NCBI GenBank assembly: GCA_035352735.1
Contig: DAOPYF010000001.1
Location: 8,385-72,384 of the forward strand
DNA: 64,000 nucleotides
From: Treponemataceae bacterium
GTDB lineage: Bacteria; Spirochaetota; Spirochaetia; Treponematales; Treponemataceae
Reading direction: 5' to 3'
This document shows positions 7,543-16,822 of the stretch, piece by piece. Position 1 is the stretch's first letter, and every line of letters starts with the position of its first letter. The notes below the pieces were generated by a model. The model was not told where the DNA came from. It did no database searches and saw only the letters and a program-made list of their open reading frames with translations. The position numbers and the translations under genes were made by a program.

Positions 7543-10530
7543 ATGACATCTGACTTTGAAAATGACGAGATCAAAGACTCTTCTTTCCCTATCGACTTAA
7601 CGGACGATACCACTTCGTTGGATATGTACGGGGTCTGGGTAAAAAGCGGCCCTCGCGATGTTTCGGCAAGCCAGAAAAAGGGTGATGAATCATTCACGGA
7701 TACGGTATCCTTTACCGATTTCCCCGAGTCACCCGTTTCCCCCAAAGACGAAACCATAGAATCCTCAAGCGATGACTTTCTCGATATTGCGAGCCTGCCG
7801 GACCTTCCGGATTTCCCCGACATCGAAGAGGAACGCGAGACCGCTCAAGGAACGACCGCAGAAGAAGCCGTCGCCACGCCCGATACAGAGCCTGAATCGG
7901 CGATGGAGTCCATCGAGTTTGAGGATATTGTCCCGATAGCCTTTGAAGAAGGCGCGCCTGAAGAAGATGCCGTTTTCGCGCATGAACGGGAAAGCGCCGT
8001 ATCGCCGCGGAGCGAGGATTTAGGAGAAACGACCGAGACGATCAGCCTTGACTCCTTTGACGCCGTTCCTGAAGAACCGTCGCCCGCAAGCGATACCGGC
8101 TTTGTCACCGAAACCTTTGATGAGGTTCAGTTCGAGGAAATATCCTTCCCCGCCGAAGAAAGCGAAGAGCCCAAGGAGTCGGTCGAGGAACCGGCCGAAC
8201 AGCTACTTCAGAGGTCCGCGCCCGAAACCTTCGAAACCCTTGAGTCATTTGAGCGCACGGAATCGCCCCGTGAGGAAACCGAACCCCAGGCGAGCGAAGT
8301 CTCTTTTGATGAGGCCATAGAGCCTCTCGAAGAGAAACCTGCCGATGAAGCCGCGATCGAGGACTTCCTTGAACCGGAAATAACCCTGAAAAAGCCCGAG
8401 GAAACGCCGACGCTCGGCAGCGATTCTGAAATGGAACTTTCCATCGAGGACTTTATGGGACCTCAAGAACCTGCCAAAAAAGAGGCCGCCCCTTCCGAGG
8501 ACGATCTCAGCAGTTTCCTCGATGACCTTAACGCCTCCTCCGCGGAGCCGTCTCACCCAAGCGACGGCGGGGACTTCGACCTTGATTCGCTCATTAACAC
8601 GGTAAACGAGGGCGGCGCCCTCAGTCAAGAAAAGGAAAACCTCTTCGACGATACCGAACCGCTCAATATCGACCTTGAATTCGATGAATCCTTTATCGAG
8701 GATTCGGAAAAGATTCGCGCGACAGGGTCCGCCGTATCGGAGTCCGAGTTCTTCAATTCGGAATTTGGCGTAGAGCTCGTCGACGAAACAGCCGGCGAGG
8801 CAGGAAACGCCGAGAGCGCTCGTCCTGAAGCCGGGATGGATTTCGACGCCCTCATTCAGGCCGCCGAGGAACCGACGGAGAAAACGGAACGCGCGAGCGA
8901 AAGCTCGAGCGGTACCGGGTCAATGCTCGAGGAAACGAGCGAGTTCGACGATCTCCTTCAGTCCCTTGACGCCGCGCCCGTTCCCGCGCCGGTTTCCGAT
9001 AAGGGGAAGAGCCCCACCCCGACAGCAAAAAGCTTCAATCTTGATGTGACGGAAGAGGATTCCATGGTTGAATCCATCACGACGAGCGTGAGCGAGTCTT
9101 CCTCGGATGAGGATTTCTCGGTTTCGCTTTTTGGGAATGAAACGGTCGTTCCCGCGGCGAAAAAAGTAGAGCCCGTCGCGGAACCGAAACCGATCGAGCA
9201 AGCCGTTCAAGCGAGCGCAGAGCCTATCATTCCAGAAGATATTGCCGTTCCGGAGCCTGAAGCGTTCAAAGCGGAAGAAAGCGAGGAAATCCCGTCTCTG
9301 AGCCCCGAATCGGTTTCCCTCGAGGCGTTCCCTACCGCAGAGGCGTTCCCTAATATCGAAGAAATTGTTGATATAACCCAATTTAAGGATTACAATAGTG
9401 CAGAATCCAATCCGGAATCTGCGATTACAGAAAAAGCATCGGTGGAGGAAACTGTGTCCCTTGATTTTGACGACATCAGCGCTGTTGAAAAGGATTTAAG
9501 CGAAGAAAATCCGGTAACGGGAGAAGATGCAGTGGTAACAAACGATAAATCTACTGAATTATTGATGATAATCGCCGACGAGCTTTCATCCATCAAAAAA
9601 GAAATCTCGACGTTGAAGTCTGAAATCTCCGGATTCAAGGCAGGGACGGCTGGCGAAGCGACTGTCGCCCAGACTCCCGGCGCTCCCATCGAGAATTCGG
9701 GCTTTTTCAGCGACGACGACACCGATGAGACGATCGCCTTGACCGGCGACGAACTTAATAACATCCTCATAACGGCGGACTTTACCGAAGAAAAGAGCGA
9801 CGAGAATATGCCGGAGGAAACCCCTGCGCTCGAAGCCCCCTCCGGCAAAGAGGCACCCGTCACGGAAGCGATTTCGCCCGAATCGGCCATGGTCGCCGAA
9901 AACGAACCCGAGATTCCCGATACCCTTCCCGACACGATTTTTGACGTTCCCGGTTTTGAAAGCGCGGAGGTTATTGAGGCCGCGCACGTAAATCAGATCA
10001 CCGACGATGTCAGCTATCTCGAAGGCACGAACGAGATCGAGCCTGATCTCGACAACGTCGCTATCGAGGAACCGGAACTTGAAACTATCGATTTCGAGGA
10101 CGAAAAGCTCGAAGAGCCTGAGTTGACGGAGTTTAACATCGACCTAACCGGGATGGAGAATGGTTTCCCCGCAGAGCAGGAGATCGCGGTATCTGAGCCC
10201 CCTGCCGTCGAGGAACTCGCCGTTCCCGAGGAAACGAGCGTTCCTGTGGTTGAGGAATTCGCAACGACCGATACCCTTTCCGCGCAAGAGCTCGCGGCAG
10301 TTGGCGGTAACGTAGCCCCCGAGGCACTGGCCGCGGAAGAAAGCGAAAGCCCCGAAACCGCTCAGGCGACCGCAACCCTTCCCGTTGAGCTGAAAGACGA
10401 GATTAAGTCCGTTCTTTCGTACATGGATCAGCTTCTGGAAAGCCTCCCTGAGGAGAAAATCGAAGAATTTGCCCGTTCAGAGCATTTTGAGGTTTACAAG
10501 AAGCTCTTCGAGGAACTCGGAATCTCCTGA
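7543..10530 (+). CDS. Very large Asp/Glu-rich, probably intrinsically disordered protein with conserved-looking N-terminal motif, central coiled coil and C-terminal helical domain
   Basis: ~995 aa dominated by E/D/P/S/A; LDMYGVWVKSGP; STELLMIIADELSSIKKEISTLKSE; LKDEIKSVLSYMDQLLESLPEEKIEEFARSEHFEVYKKLFEELGI; RBS before ATG 7543. Confidence 0.8.
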   Translation: MTSDFENDEIKDSSFPIDLTDDTTSLDMYGVWVKSGPRDVSASQKKGDESFTDTVSFTDFPESPVSPKDETIESSSDDFLDIASLPDLPDFPDIEEERETAQGTTAEEAVATPDTEPESAMESIEFEDIVPIAFEEGAPEEDAVFAHERESAVSPRSEDLGETTETISLDSFDAVPEEPSPASDTGFVTETFDEVQFEEISFPAEESEEPKESVEEPAEQLLQRSAPETFETLESFERTESPREETEPQASEVSFDEAIEPLEEKPADEAAIEDFLEPEITLKKPEETPTLGSDSEMELSIEDFMGPQEPAKKEAAPSEDDLSSFLDDLNASSAEPSHPSDGGDFDLDSLINTVNEGGALSQEKENLFDDTEPLNIDLEFDESFIEDSEKIRATGSAVSESEFFNSEFGVELVDETAGEAGNAESARPEAGMDFDALIQAAEEPTEKTERASESSSGTGSMLEETSEFDDLLQSLDAAPVPAPVSDKGKSPTPTAKSFNLDVTEEDSMVESITTSVSESSSDEDFSVSLFGNETVVPAAKKVEPVAEPKPIEQAVQASAEPIIPEDIAVPEPEAFKAEESEEIPSLSPESVSLEAFPTAEAFPNIEEIVDITQFKDYNSAESNPESAITEKASVEETVSLDFDDISAVEKDLSEENPVTGEDAVVTNDKSTELLMIIADELSSIKKEISTLKSEISGFKAGTAGEATVAQTPGAPIENSGFFSDDDTDETIALTGDELNNILITADFTEEKSDENMPEETPALEAPSGKEAPVTEAISPESAMVAENEPEIPDTLPDTIFDVPGFESAEVIEAAHVNQITDDVSYLEGTNEIEPDLDNVAIEEPELETIDFEDEKLEEPELTEFNIDLTGMENGFPAEQEIAVSEPPAVEELAVPEETSVPVVEEFATTDTLSAQELAAVGGNVAPEALAAEESESPETAQATATLPVELKDEIKSVLSYMDQLLESLPEEKIEEFARSEHFEVYKKLFEELGIS
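9368..9456 (+). promoter_or_regulatory. Internal sigma70-like promoter, RBS and in-frame GTG inside the acidic-protein gene
   Basis: TTGATA(9368)-N17-TACAAT(9391) in a local AT-rich patch; GGAGG(9444-48) then GTG 9454 in frame. Confidence 0.55.
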
Positions 10531-10532
10531 GT

Positions 10533-11507
10533 ATGGGTTTGATAAGCCGCGCCCAACGCGTTTCTTCCGAACCGCTCATCGCCGATTCGCCTCTTCTTGA
10601 TTCTGCGCAGGGTTCATCGAAAAAAAAAAGCGGGCTCTTACAGCGCGTCGCGACCGCCTCATCGTATGACGCGGTCGGTCAGGCATTCAGAGATTTTTTA
10701 AACGCCGCGGAAACGGAACGCGCCGGGATACTATTCTCGGACGAAGCCTCGCGCATGGCGTTTCTTTTCCCGGCGGGGTTTGATTACACGACCGCGCGGA
10801 GGCTAACCCCGCAGTATACGCAAATCAAGGCTATTGCCGATTCGACCGAATGGGTCTCGATAACGGGACGGGAGCTAGAGGATTGGCGATCATTTTTCTC
10901 GTCGCATGAACTCAGAAGCCTTCAATCGCTCAAGATTCGCGCGGTTCCCCTTGAGGACGCAAGTCATTGCTGCGTTGTGCTGGCGAAATCCCTTTTGGAT
11001 ATTCGCCGGGAAGACGGTACGGAACGCGCGGCGGAGAATGAGTTTTCCGATCTTTGCTCGGCGATACGCGAGCATATCGCGCTTTTTCGCGCGCTCGCGC
11101 CGGTCGAAAGCGTGAATAAATCGGTTGAGGCGATGCGGTATCACGCCGAAAGCGCGCTTTCAGCGAAGAAACGAGCATCTCTTGTCACGATATCCTGCCA
11201 AAATCTCAACGAAGACGAGATTGCCTTTCAGACGGACCAATCAGTCCGTATTCTTTATAACGCGATAACCCATCAAATCGCGCGTCTGGTCGGATCGACG
11301 AACATAATCAACGCGACGCCGTCGGGTACTATCCGCATTGTCCTTTTTACCGCGCTTCCGAACGACAGCGCCTTTTACTTTTCGCAGCTCATGAAGCCGC
11401 TCGAGCGTCTTTTTGGCGTCGACCGCGTAAAACGCCTCACCGTCTCGGACTCACGTACCGCTCCGTCGCTGTCCGGCATACTGGATTTCCTTACCGGGGA
11501 GAACTGA
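10533..11507 (+). CDS. Hypothetical cytoplasmic protein
   Basis: 324-aa ORF 2 nt after the upstream stop and overlapping the next start; no recognised motif; A10 tract near the 5' end. Confidence 0.7.
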   Translation: MGLISRAQRVSSEPLIADSPLLDSAQGSSKKKSGLLQRVATASSYDAVGQAFRDFLNAAETERAGILFSDEASRMAFLFPAGFDYTTARRLTPQYTQIKAIADSTEWVSITGRELEDWRSFFSSHELRSLQSLKIRAVPLEDASHCCVVLAKSLLDIRREDGTERAAENEFSDLCSAIREHIALFRALAPVESVNKSVEAMRYHAESALSAKKRASLVTISCQNLNEDEIAFQTDQSVRILYNAITHQIARLVGSTNIINATPSGTIRIVLFTALPNDSAFYFSQLMKPLERLFGVDRVKRLTVSDSRTAPSLSGILDFLTGEN

Positions 11508-13030
11508 TGCCCTCCGAGCACGAAGCGATCCGTCTGCACTCGCGGTATAACCCCCGAAAGGAAGCGGCTCGGTACATCGAGGCGCAGTCGTTTTCCTGCA
11601 ATCCCCTTTTTATCGTCGTTACCGAGCCCGGAGAGTCCTACCTTGCGCAGGAACTCCGCGCGCGCTTTCCTGCGGCGAGCATTTTAGCGATCCGCTACGA
11701 TAAAACGCTTTTTAGCGAATCGGACGGGCTCTGGGACGGGGTATGGCGACCGGGCACGGGATTTGAGGTATCTTCGTGGCTCTTTTCCATGATACCCGAT
11801 GAATGCTTACCGCTCACGGTTTTCTTGCCGTGGAAACCCTCCGATTCCGCGTGGCCCTCGCTTTCGGCCTATGTTTGGAACAGCATCGCATCGGTGATAC
11901 GGCTCCAAACCAGCGTGATGTACACGAGAAGCGCATTCGGGAAGCGATGGCTCGCGAACTGCGTGCGTAACGCGATTCTCGCGCGCAACCTCACGGTCGG
12001 CGAATGCACGGATAAACCCGCGCTTCTCGTCGCCTCGGGCCCTTCGCTCGAATGCCTTTTCCCCTTCAATCGCGAAAACTTCTACGTATGCGCGGTATCT
12101 TCCGCGGTGACCTGCCTTTCCGCCCATGGCGTGACGCCGGATCTTTGCATCGCGACGGACGGCGGTTTTTGGGCGCTGGGACATTTCAGGAACCTATCGG
12201 GCGACATAACGGTCGCCTTTCCCTGCGAGGCCGCGATACCGTCTCGCGTCCTCGAACGAAACCCGATTCAGTTTCTCGACTATGGGAGCGCTATCGAGCG
12301 GACGCTCCTTTCAATCGCGGGCGTCAAGGCCGACGCGGCGTCGCGGAACGGCACGGTTTCGGGAACGGCCGCGCTTTATCTCCTTGAGCATTGTTCGGGA
12401 AACGTCTATGCGGCCGGATTGGACTTGTGTTCCTCGCAGTCATTCAGCCATGCGAGGCCGAGCGCGAACGCCCCGGCCGTCGACGCGGCGACTTCGCGAA
12501 CGCGGCCGCTCTGCCAGGCGCTCCACGAATCAAGCCGCGACACGGCGTCGCTCGATATGTACGCGGCTTGGTTTTCGAGTCGGGGTGACGCGTTCAAGCG
12601 GCGCTTTTTCAGGATCGGTAGCGCGGGAAAGACGCTCAATGGCATCGAGTCGATTTCGCTGCGCGATATCGGCGCGCACGCGGCACAGGGAGCACAAACC
12701 GATCAAGCCACGTCAGGCACCAAATCAGAGCAAGCGCGCGGGGATCGTATCAATCCGCGATCGCGGGAAGAGCGGAAAGAAGCGCTATCCGCATGGCTTT
12801 CGGGCGTTTTGGAATCGTTCGCCCGCGCGGAAGGGGATCTTCCCAGTGACCCATTAAGCGTTGAGCTCGCACAGATGGTATCCTATACGGGCTTTATAAA
12901 ATACCTCAAACGGAGGCAAACCCCGTCGGACGGAATCCCGCTCGCCTCCGCGTTTCAAGAGCTTCAAAGCGACACGGTCGCGTTCCTTTCGCGTCTCGAG
13001 GATTTCTCGCGCAGGATACCGCTTTCATGA
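11507..13030 (+). CDS. Motility-associated factor (Maf/DUF115) family glycosyltransferase, paralog 1
   Basis: LHSRYNPRKEA, FGKRWLAN, VASGPSL, ATDGG, NGTVSGTA, GLDL. Confidence 0.75.
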   Translation: MPSEHEAIRLHSRYNPRKEAARYIEAQSFSCNPLFIVVTEPGESYLAQELRARFPAASILAIRYDKTLFSESDGLWDGVWRPGTGFEVSSWLFSMIPDECLPLTVFLPWKPSDSAWPSLSAYVWNSIASVIRLQTSVMYTRSAFGKRWLANCVRNAILARNLTVGECTDKPALLVASGPSLECLFPFNRENFYVCAVSSAVTCLSAHGVTPDLCIATDGGFWALGHFRNLSGDITVAFPCEAAIPSRVLERNPIQFLDYGSAIERTLLSIAGVKADAASRNGTVSGTAALYLLEHCSGNVYAAGLDLCSSQSFSHARPSANAPAVDAATSRTRPLCQALHESSRDTASLDMYAAWFSSRGDAFKRRFFRIGSAGKTLNGIESISLRDIGAHAAQGAQTDQATSGTKSEQARGDRINPRSREERKEALSAWLSGVLESFARAEGDLPSDPLSVELAQMVSYTGFIKYLKRRQTPSDGIPLASAFQELQSDTVAFLSRLEDFSRRIPLS

Positions 13031-14601
13031 CAGCGAATCCCCTCTTCGAGGCGAACATAGCCGCCTTGCGCCCGAGAGATTCGGCGCTCGCCGACGATAT
13101 TCTCAAGGCAGCAGGCGCGGATGATCCTTCGGCTTTTCGATATAGCGCCGCCCAGCGCGCGCGGAACGGCAGCCTCGTGCCGCTTTTCCGAGACGGGGCC
13201 TCGGCTCATTCGCTTTTCAATCCCGAGCGCGAGGCCGCGCAACTCATCGATACGGTGGCCGACACGGGCTTTGCCCTATTCGCCGGGATCGGAGGCGCCT
13301 TTCATATCAGGGAATTCCTTTCGCGGGATCCTGCCCGCGCCTGTATCGCAGCGGAATCGAGTCCGCTCGCGCTCGCGTCGCTATTCGGTCTCATCGATCT
13401 TACAGACGTCCTCACGGACGTGCGCGTGACGGTGATCGCGTTGCGGGATGAAAAAGAAACGGGTGCGATACTTTCGCGTTCGTATTTGCCCGCCCTTCAC
13501 GGGAATTTCAGGCTCGTGCCGCTTCGCTCGTGGCAAGGGCGCAACGGGGACGCATGCGCGTCGCTCGTGAGCGTCGTCCAAGAATCCCTGAAAAGAATCA
13601 GCGCGGACTTTTCGGTTCAGGCGCATTTTGGAAAGCTCTGGCTCAGGAATTGCGCCCAGAACCTCGCGCTCGCTTCGCGCTTCCAGGGGAGATTTCCCGC
13701 GGTCGATACGGGGAAAAAGGCAATCGTCATCGCGGCGGGACCCGGGCTCGAGCCGTGCCTTCGGAGGCTTAAGGAGAATCGGGAACGGTACGCGCTTTTT
13801 TCAACCGATACCGCGTGGAATACCCTCGCCGACTCGGGGATCATCCCCGATTTTTTCGTGAGCATCGACGCGCAGCCCATTTCCGCGAACCATGTGATGC
13901 GCCCGTTCAAACAGGGCATGACGGTAATACTCGACGCTTGCGGGAACCCGGCGATCGCGCGGAAGGCGATCGCCGATGGCGCGGCCGTCATATTCGCGGC
14001 GGGAGCCCATCCCCTCGCGCGGTACGCGGCGCGGTATTCACCGCTTCCGCCGATCGATACCGCTTCCGGGACGGTGACCCTCGCGGCGCTCGACGCGGCG
14101 CATTCCTTGGGGTTTCGGGATATAGAGACTATTGGCGCCGATTTCGCCTATACGGGCGGAAAACCCTATGCTCGGGGAACCTATCTCGCCCATGGCTTCG
14201 GCTCGACCGCATCGCGCATCCTCCCGATCGAGACCTCCTATACCGCCTTGATGTTTCGCACCCCCGTCGCCGCGCGAAGCTCCGGGGGATCGATCACGTA
14301 CACCACCGATACCCTCGATCGCTACGCGAGCTTCTTTAAAGCATATCGGGGACAGTATCGTTGGGAAGCGGCCGATTTTGCCCCATTCCCCGTTCGCGCG
14401 TTTCTCGGCGAATATCGGCGCGCGCTCACGAATGCCCTTCGCGCAGGATTTCCTTTCCCGGAGCGGGACCAAGACCTCCTCTACACCGTGCTTCCATTCG
14501 TGGCGTGGCACGCGCGCCATCGACTCGGGGAACAAAAGGGACTCGCGAGCGCTATTCAACTTGCGCTTGAACTCATTGCGGGCTATACTGGTGAATCATG
14601 A
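13027..14601 (+). CDS. Motility-associated factor (Maf/DUF115) family glycosyltransferase, paralog 2
   Basis: FEANIAAL, HSLFNPEREA, HFGKLWLRN, AAGPGLE, PDFFVSIDAQ, SGTVT, GADFAY. Confidence 0.8.
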   Translation: MTANPLFEANIAALRPRDSALADDILKAAGADDPSAFRYSAAQRARNGSLVPLFRDGASAHSLFNPEREAAQLIDTVADTGFALFAGIGGAFHIREFLSRDPARACIAAESSPLALASLFGLIDLTDVLTDVRVTVIALRDEKETGAILSRSYLPALHGNFRLVPLRSWQGRNGDACASLVSVVQESLKRISADFSVQAHFGKLWLRNCAQNLALASRFQGRFPAVDTGKKAIVIAAGPGLEPCLRRLKENRERYALFSTDTAWNTLADSGIIPDFFVSIDAQPISANHVMRPFKQGMTVILDACGNPAIARKAIADGAAVIFAAGAHPLARYAARYSPLPPIDTASGTVTLAALDAAHSLGFRDIETIGADFAYTGGKPYARGTYLAHGFGSTASRILPIETSYTALMFRTPVAARSSGGSITYTTDTLDRYASFFKAYRGQYRWEAADFAPFPVRAFLGEYRRALTNALRAGFPFPERDQDLLYTVLPFVAWHARHRLGEQKGLASAIQLALELIAGYTGES

Positions 14602-15959
14602 AGAACAAGTTCATAAACGTCTACGGTTTCGTCGCGCTTATGCTTTTGGCAGCCGCCGTCGTCTGGTTCGGACTTTCGGTAACAGCCGAAACCCGAAAGG
14701 GAGTCATTGAGGCCGAACGGAGCTTCAACTGGATTTCTCGGGAATGCTCTGCGGCAGCCATCGCGGACGGTTTTATGTCCGACGCCTTCATACAAAAGCT
14801 CACCGGGATGTGCAATCAGTCAAAGCTACTCGCTGCCCTCGTCATTACGACGCCCCAGGGAACCGCGTTCGCCTGGCCCGAGAAGTCATCGGCGATTACC
14901 TATGATATACAGGGTAACCCGACTATCTCGAATACCTCTCTTTTCATGAAAGTATACGCCGCCAAGCTCGACGTTGGCGGATCGGACGAGGGTTCGATCG
15001 TGATGACCGCGTCGGTGTACGTTCTCCATCCAAGCGTGATATTCGCGGCAAGCAGGAATTCCTTCCTCGCGATACTGACCATCCTTTTCGCGACGCTGAT
15101 CGTTATCTTCGCCGTCGCCCCCGCGAAAAAGGAAGCAAGGCAAAAAGGCTTTTCTTCCGCCGCCTCGAGCGCTCAAGACCTTGAGCCTGAGCCGTGCGGG
15201 ACAAGCGGGGATCTCATGGACTTTGGCGAGCCTGCGTCGGACGTCCCCGAGGAAGAGTTTATCCCCCCGGAGTTTTCTCCTCTTACCGATGAGTCATACG
15301 AAAGCCAGGTCGAAGCACGTTCAGGTGACGAAGGGCTGTTCCCGATGGATGAACCGTCCGTTGCGGAAACCATGGATGGCGCGCTGGCTTCAGAAGAGGC
15401 CAGCGAACCGGAGGCCGACGTAAGTTCCCCTACCGAGCGCGCCGCACCGAAACCAGAGGGGCTTTTCTCGCCCGTTACCGGCATCGGCTGGGAACAATAC
15501 CTTACGGAGCGCCTCGACTCGGAGCTCGTGCGCGCCGCCTCCTCAGAACAGGATCTTTCGCTCATCATCATCAGGATTTCTGGCTTGCTCCATACCGATC
15601 TTCTCTCGAGAAAGATCGCGAAGGTCCTTCTCGATACCTTCAAGTTCAAGGACATGGTATTTGAATACGGTACCAACGGTTTTGCCGGCATCCTGCAGAA
15701 CATCACGCTCGATCAGGCGATGAAGGTCGCTGACACGCTCTATGCGGGCATCGACTCGCTGCTCATGGAGATGTCCAATAGCGGACAGATTACCATCGGG
15801 ATAACGACCAGGACGGCCCGTCTCCTTTCCGCTTCGCGGATGATCGATGAGGCCGTGAGCGCCGCGCGCAAGGCAGAGGAAGAGCCAAGCCTTCCGATCG
15901 TGGCGTTTCGGGCGAACCCGGAAAAGTACCGCGACTTTGTCGCCGAGAATAACGGCTAA
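14598..15959 (+). CDS. Membrane protein with periplasmic domain, acidic linker and degenerate GGDEF domain
   Basis: Two TMs; SPVTGIGWEQYL...ELVRA; FEYGTNGFAGIL at the RYGGEEF position; ITIGI. Confidence 0.7.
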   Translation: MKNKFINVYGFVALMLLAAAVVWFGLSVTAETRKGVIEAERSFNWISRECSAAAIADGFMSDAFIQKLTGMCNQSKLLAALVITTPQGTAFAWPEKSSAITYDIQGNPTISNTSLFMKVYAAKLDVGGSDEGSIVMTASVYVLHPSVIFAASRNSFLAILTILFATLIVIFAVAPAKKEARQKGFSSAASSAQDLEPEPCGTSGDLMDFGEPASDVPEEEFIPPEFSPLTDESYESQVEARSGDEGLFPMDEPSVAETMDGALASEEASEPEADVSSPTERAAPKPEGLFSPVTGIGWEQYLTERLDSELVRAASSEQDLSLIIIRISGLLHTDLLSRKIAKVLLDTFKFKDMVFEYGTNGFAGILQNITLDQAMKVADTLYAGIDSLLMEMSNSGQITIGITTRTARLLSASRMIDEAVSAARKAEEEPSLPIVAFRANPEKYRDFVAENNG

Positions 15960-16822
15960 AACGAGCCAGTAAGCGCGTCATGCGCCGTCTTCGTGATCGC
16001 CCACGAGGCGCCATCGCTATCCCGGCGAATGATCGAGTAGTTCTCGTTCAGGGGCATAATCGAAATCGTTATCAAAGAAGTATCGCCAAGCTCGAGCGTT
16101 ACCGATTCCGCGGCGACGAACGGGATGTTCGTTACGTCGACGCACGAAAGAGCCATCAGAGCGCGCTCGAACGAATCAAGTAACTCAGTTTCATTTTCGG
16201 ACGAGCCGCGGACAAATGCCCGTTGGTAGTTTCGCTTTTTATACGAAGCCCGCTCGATCTCGCTTCCCTGAAAGGCATTTTCAAACGGCGTGAGATTGGC
16301 CCAATAGGCGGTTGTCCCGTCGACGAAGGGCGCAAGTGGCGGCTCTACCCGAATCGTCTTTTCAATGTGCCCTTCATGGAAATATTGGGCCGTACCCGCC
16401 GCGGTAATGCTTCCGGATACGAGGTCGAGATAAACCGTTCCCGAAGCGTTACTTGCCCTGATACGGGGCGATTCGTTTGCGTCGATGCCATAGGCGGCGC
16501 CGTTTTGGCCGAAAACCCGCGTGGTACGCGCCTCACGCAAAGCCTTGATGAAGCTCGCCACGCGCGCCAAATTCGCCGGGAACCGATGCGTATCGTCAAG
16601 GACCAAGAACCAGCTATCTTTTTTTCGCTCAAGCCTAATCGGGTATTTAGCGCCGGGATACGCGATCTCGATGGCCGCGATCTCCTTTGCGTGGGACGAT
16701 GAAAGCAGGCGCGATTTCGGCGCGTCGAAGGCGCAGGAGGATGCGCTGAAAAAGATGAATGCGAGAAGTATGGATACACGCGCGAAACCAAACGATCCGC
16801 GCGCGAAAGGGAATCCTCTCAT
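15956..16822 (-). CDS. DUF4340-like exported protein
   Basis: Signal peptide; IRLERKKDSW...RFPANLARVASFIKAL...YGI pattern; follows the GldG-like gene. Confidence 0.6.
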   Translation of the reverse strand: MRGFPFARGSFGFARVSILLAFIFFSASSCAFDAPKSRLLSSSHAKEIAAIEIAYPGAKYPIRLERKKDSWFLVLDDTHRFPANLARVASFIKALREARTTRVFGQNGAAYGIDANESPRIRASNASGTVYLDLVSGSITAAGTAQYFHEGHIEKTIRVEPPLAPFVDGTTAYWANLTPFENAFQGSEIERASYKKRNYQRAFVRGSSENETELLDSFERALMALSCVDVTNIPFVAAESVTLELGDTSLITISIMPLNENYSIIRRDSDGASWAITKTAHDALTGSF

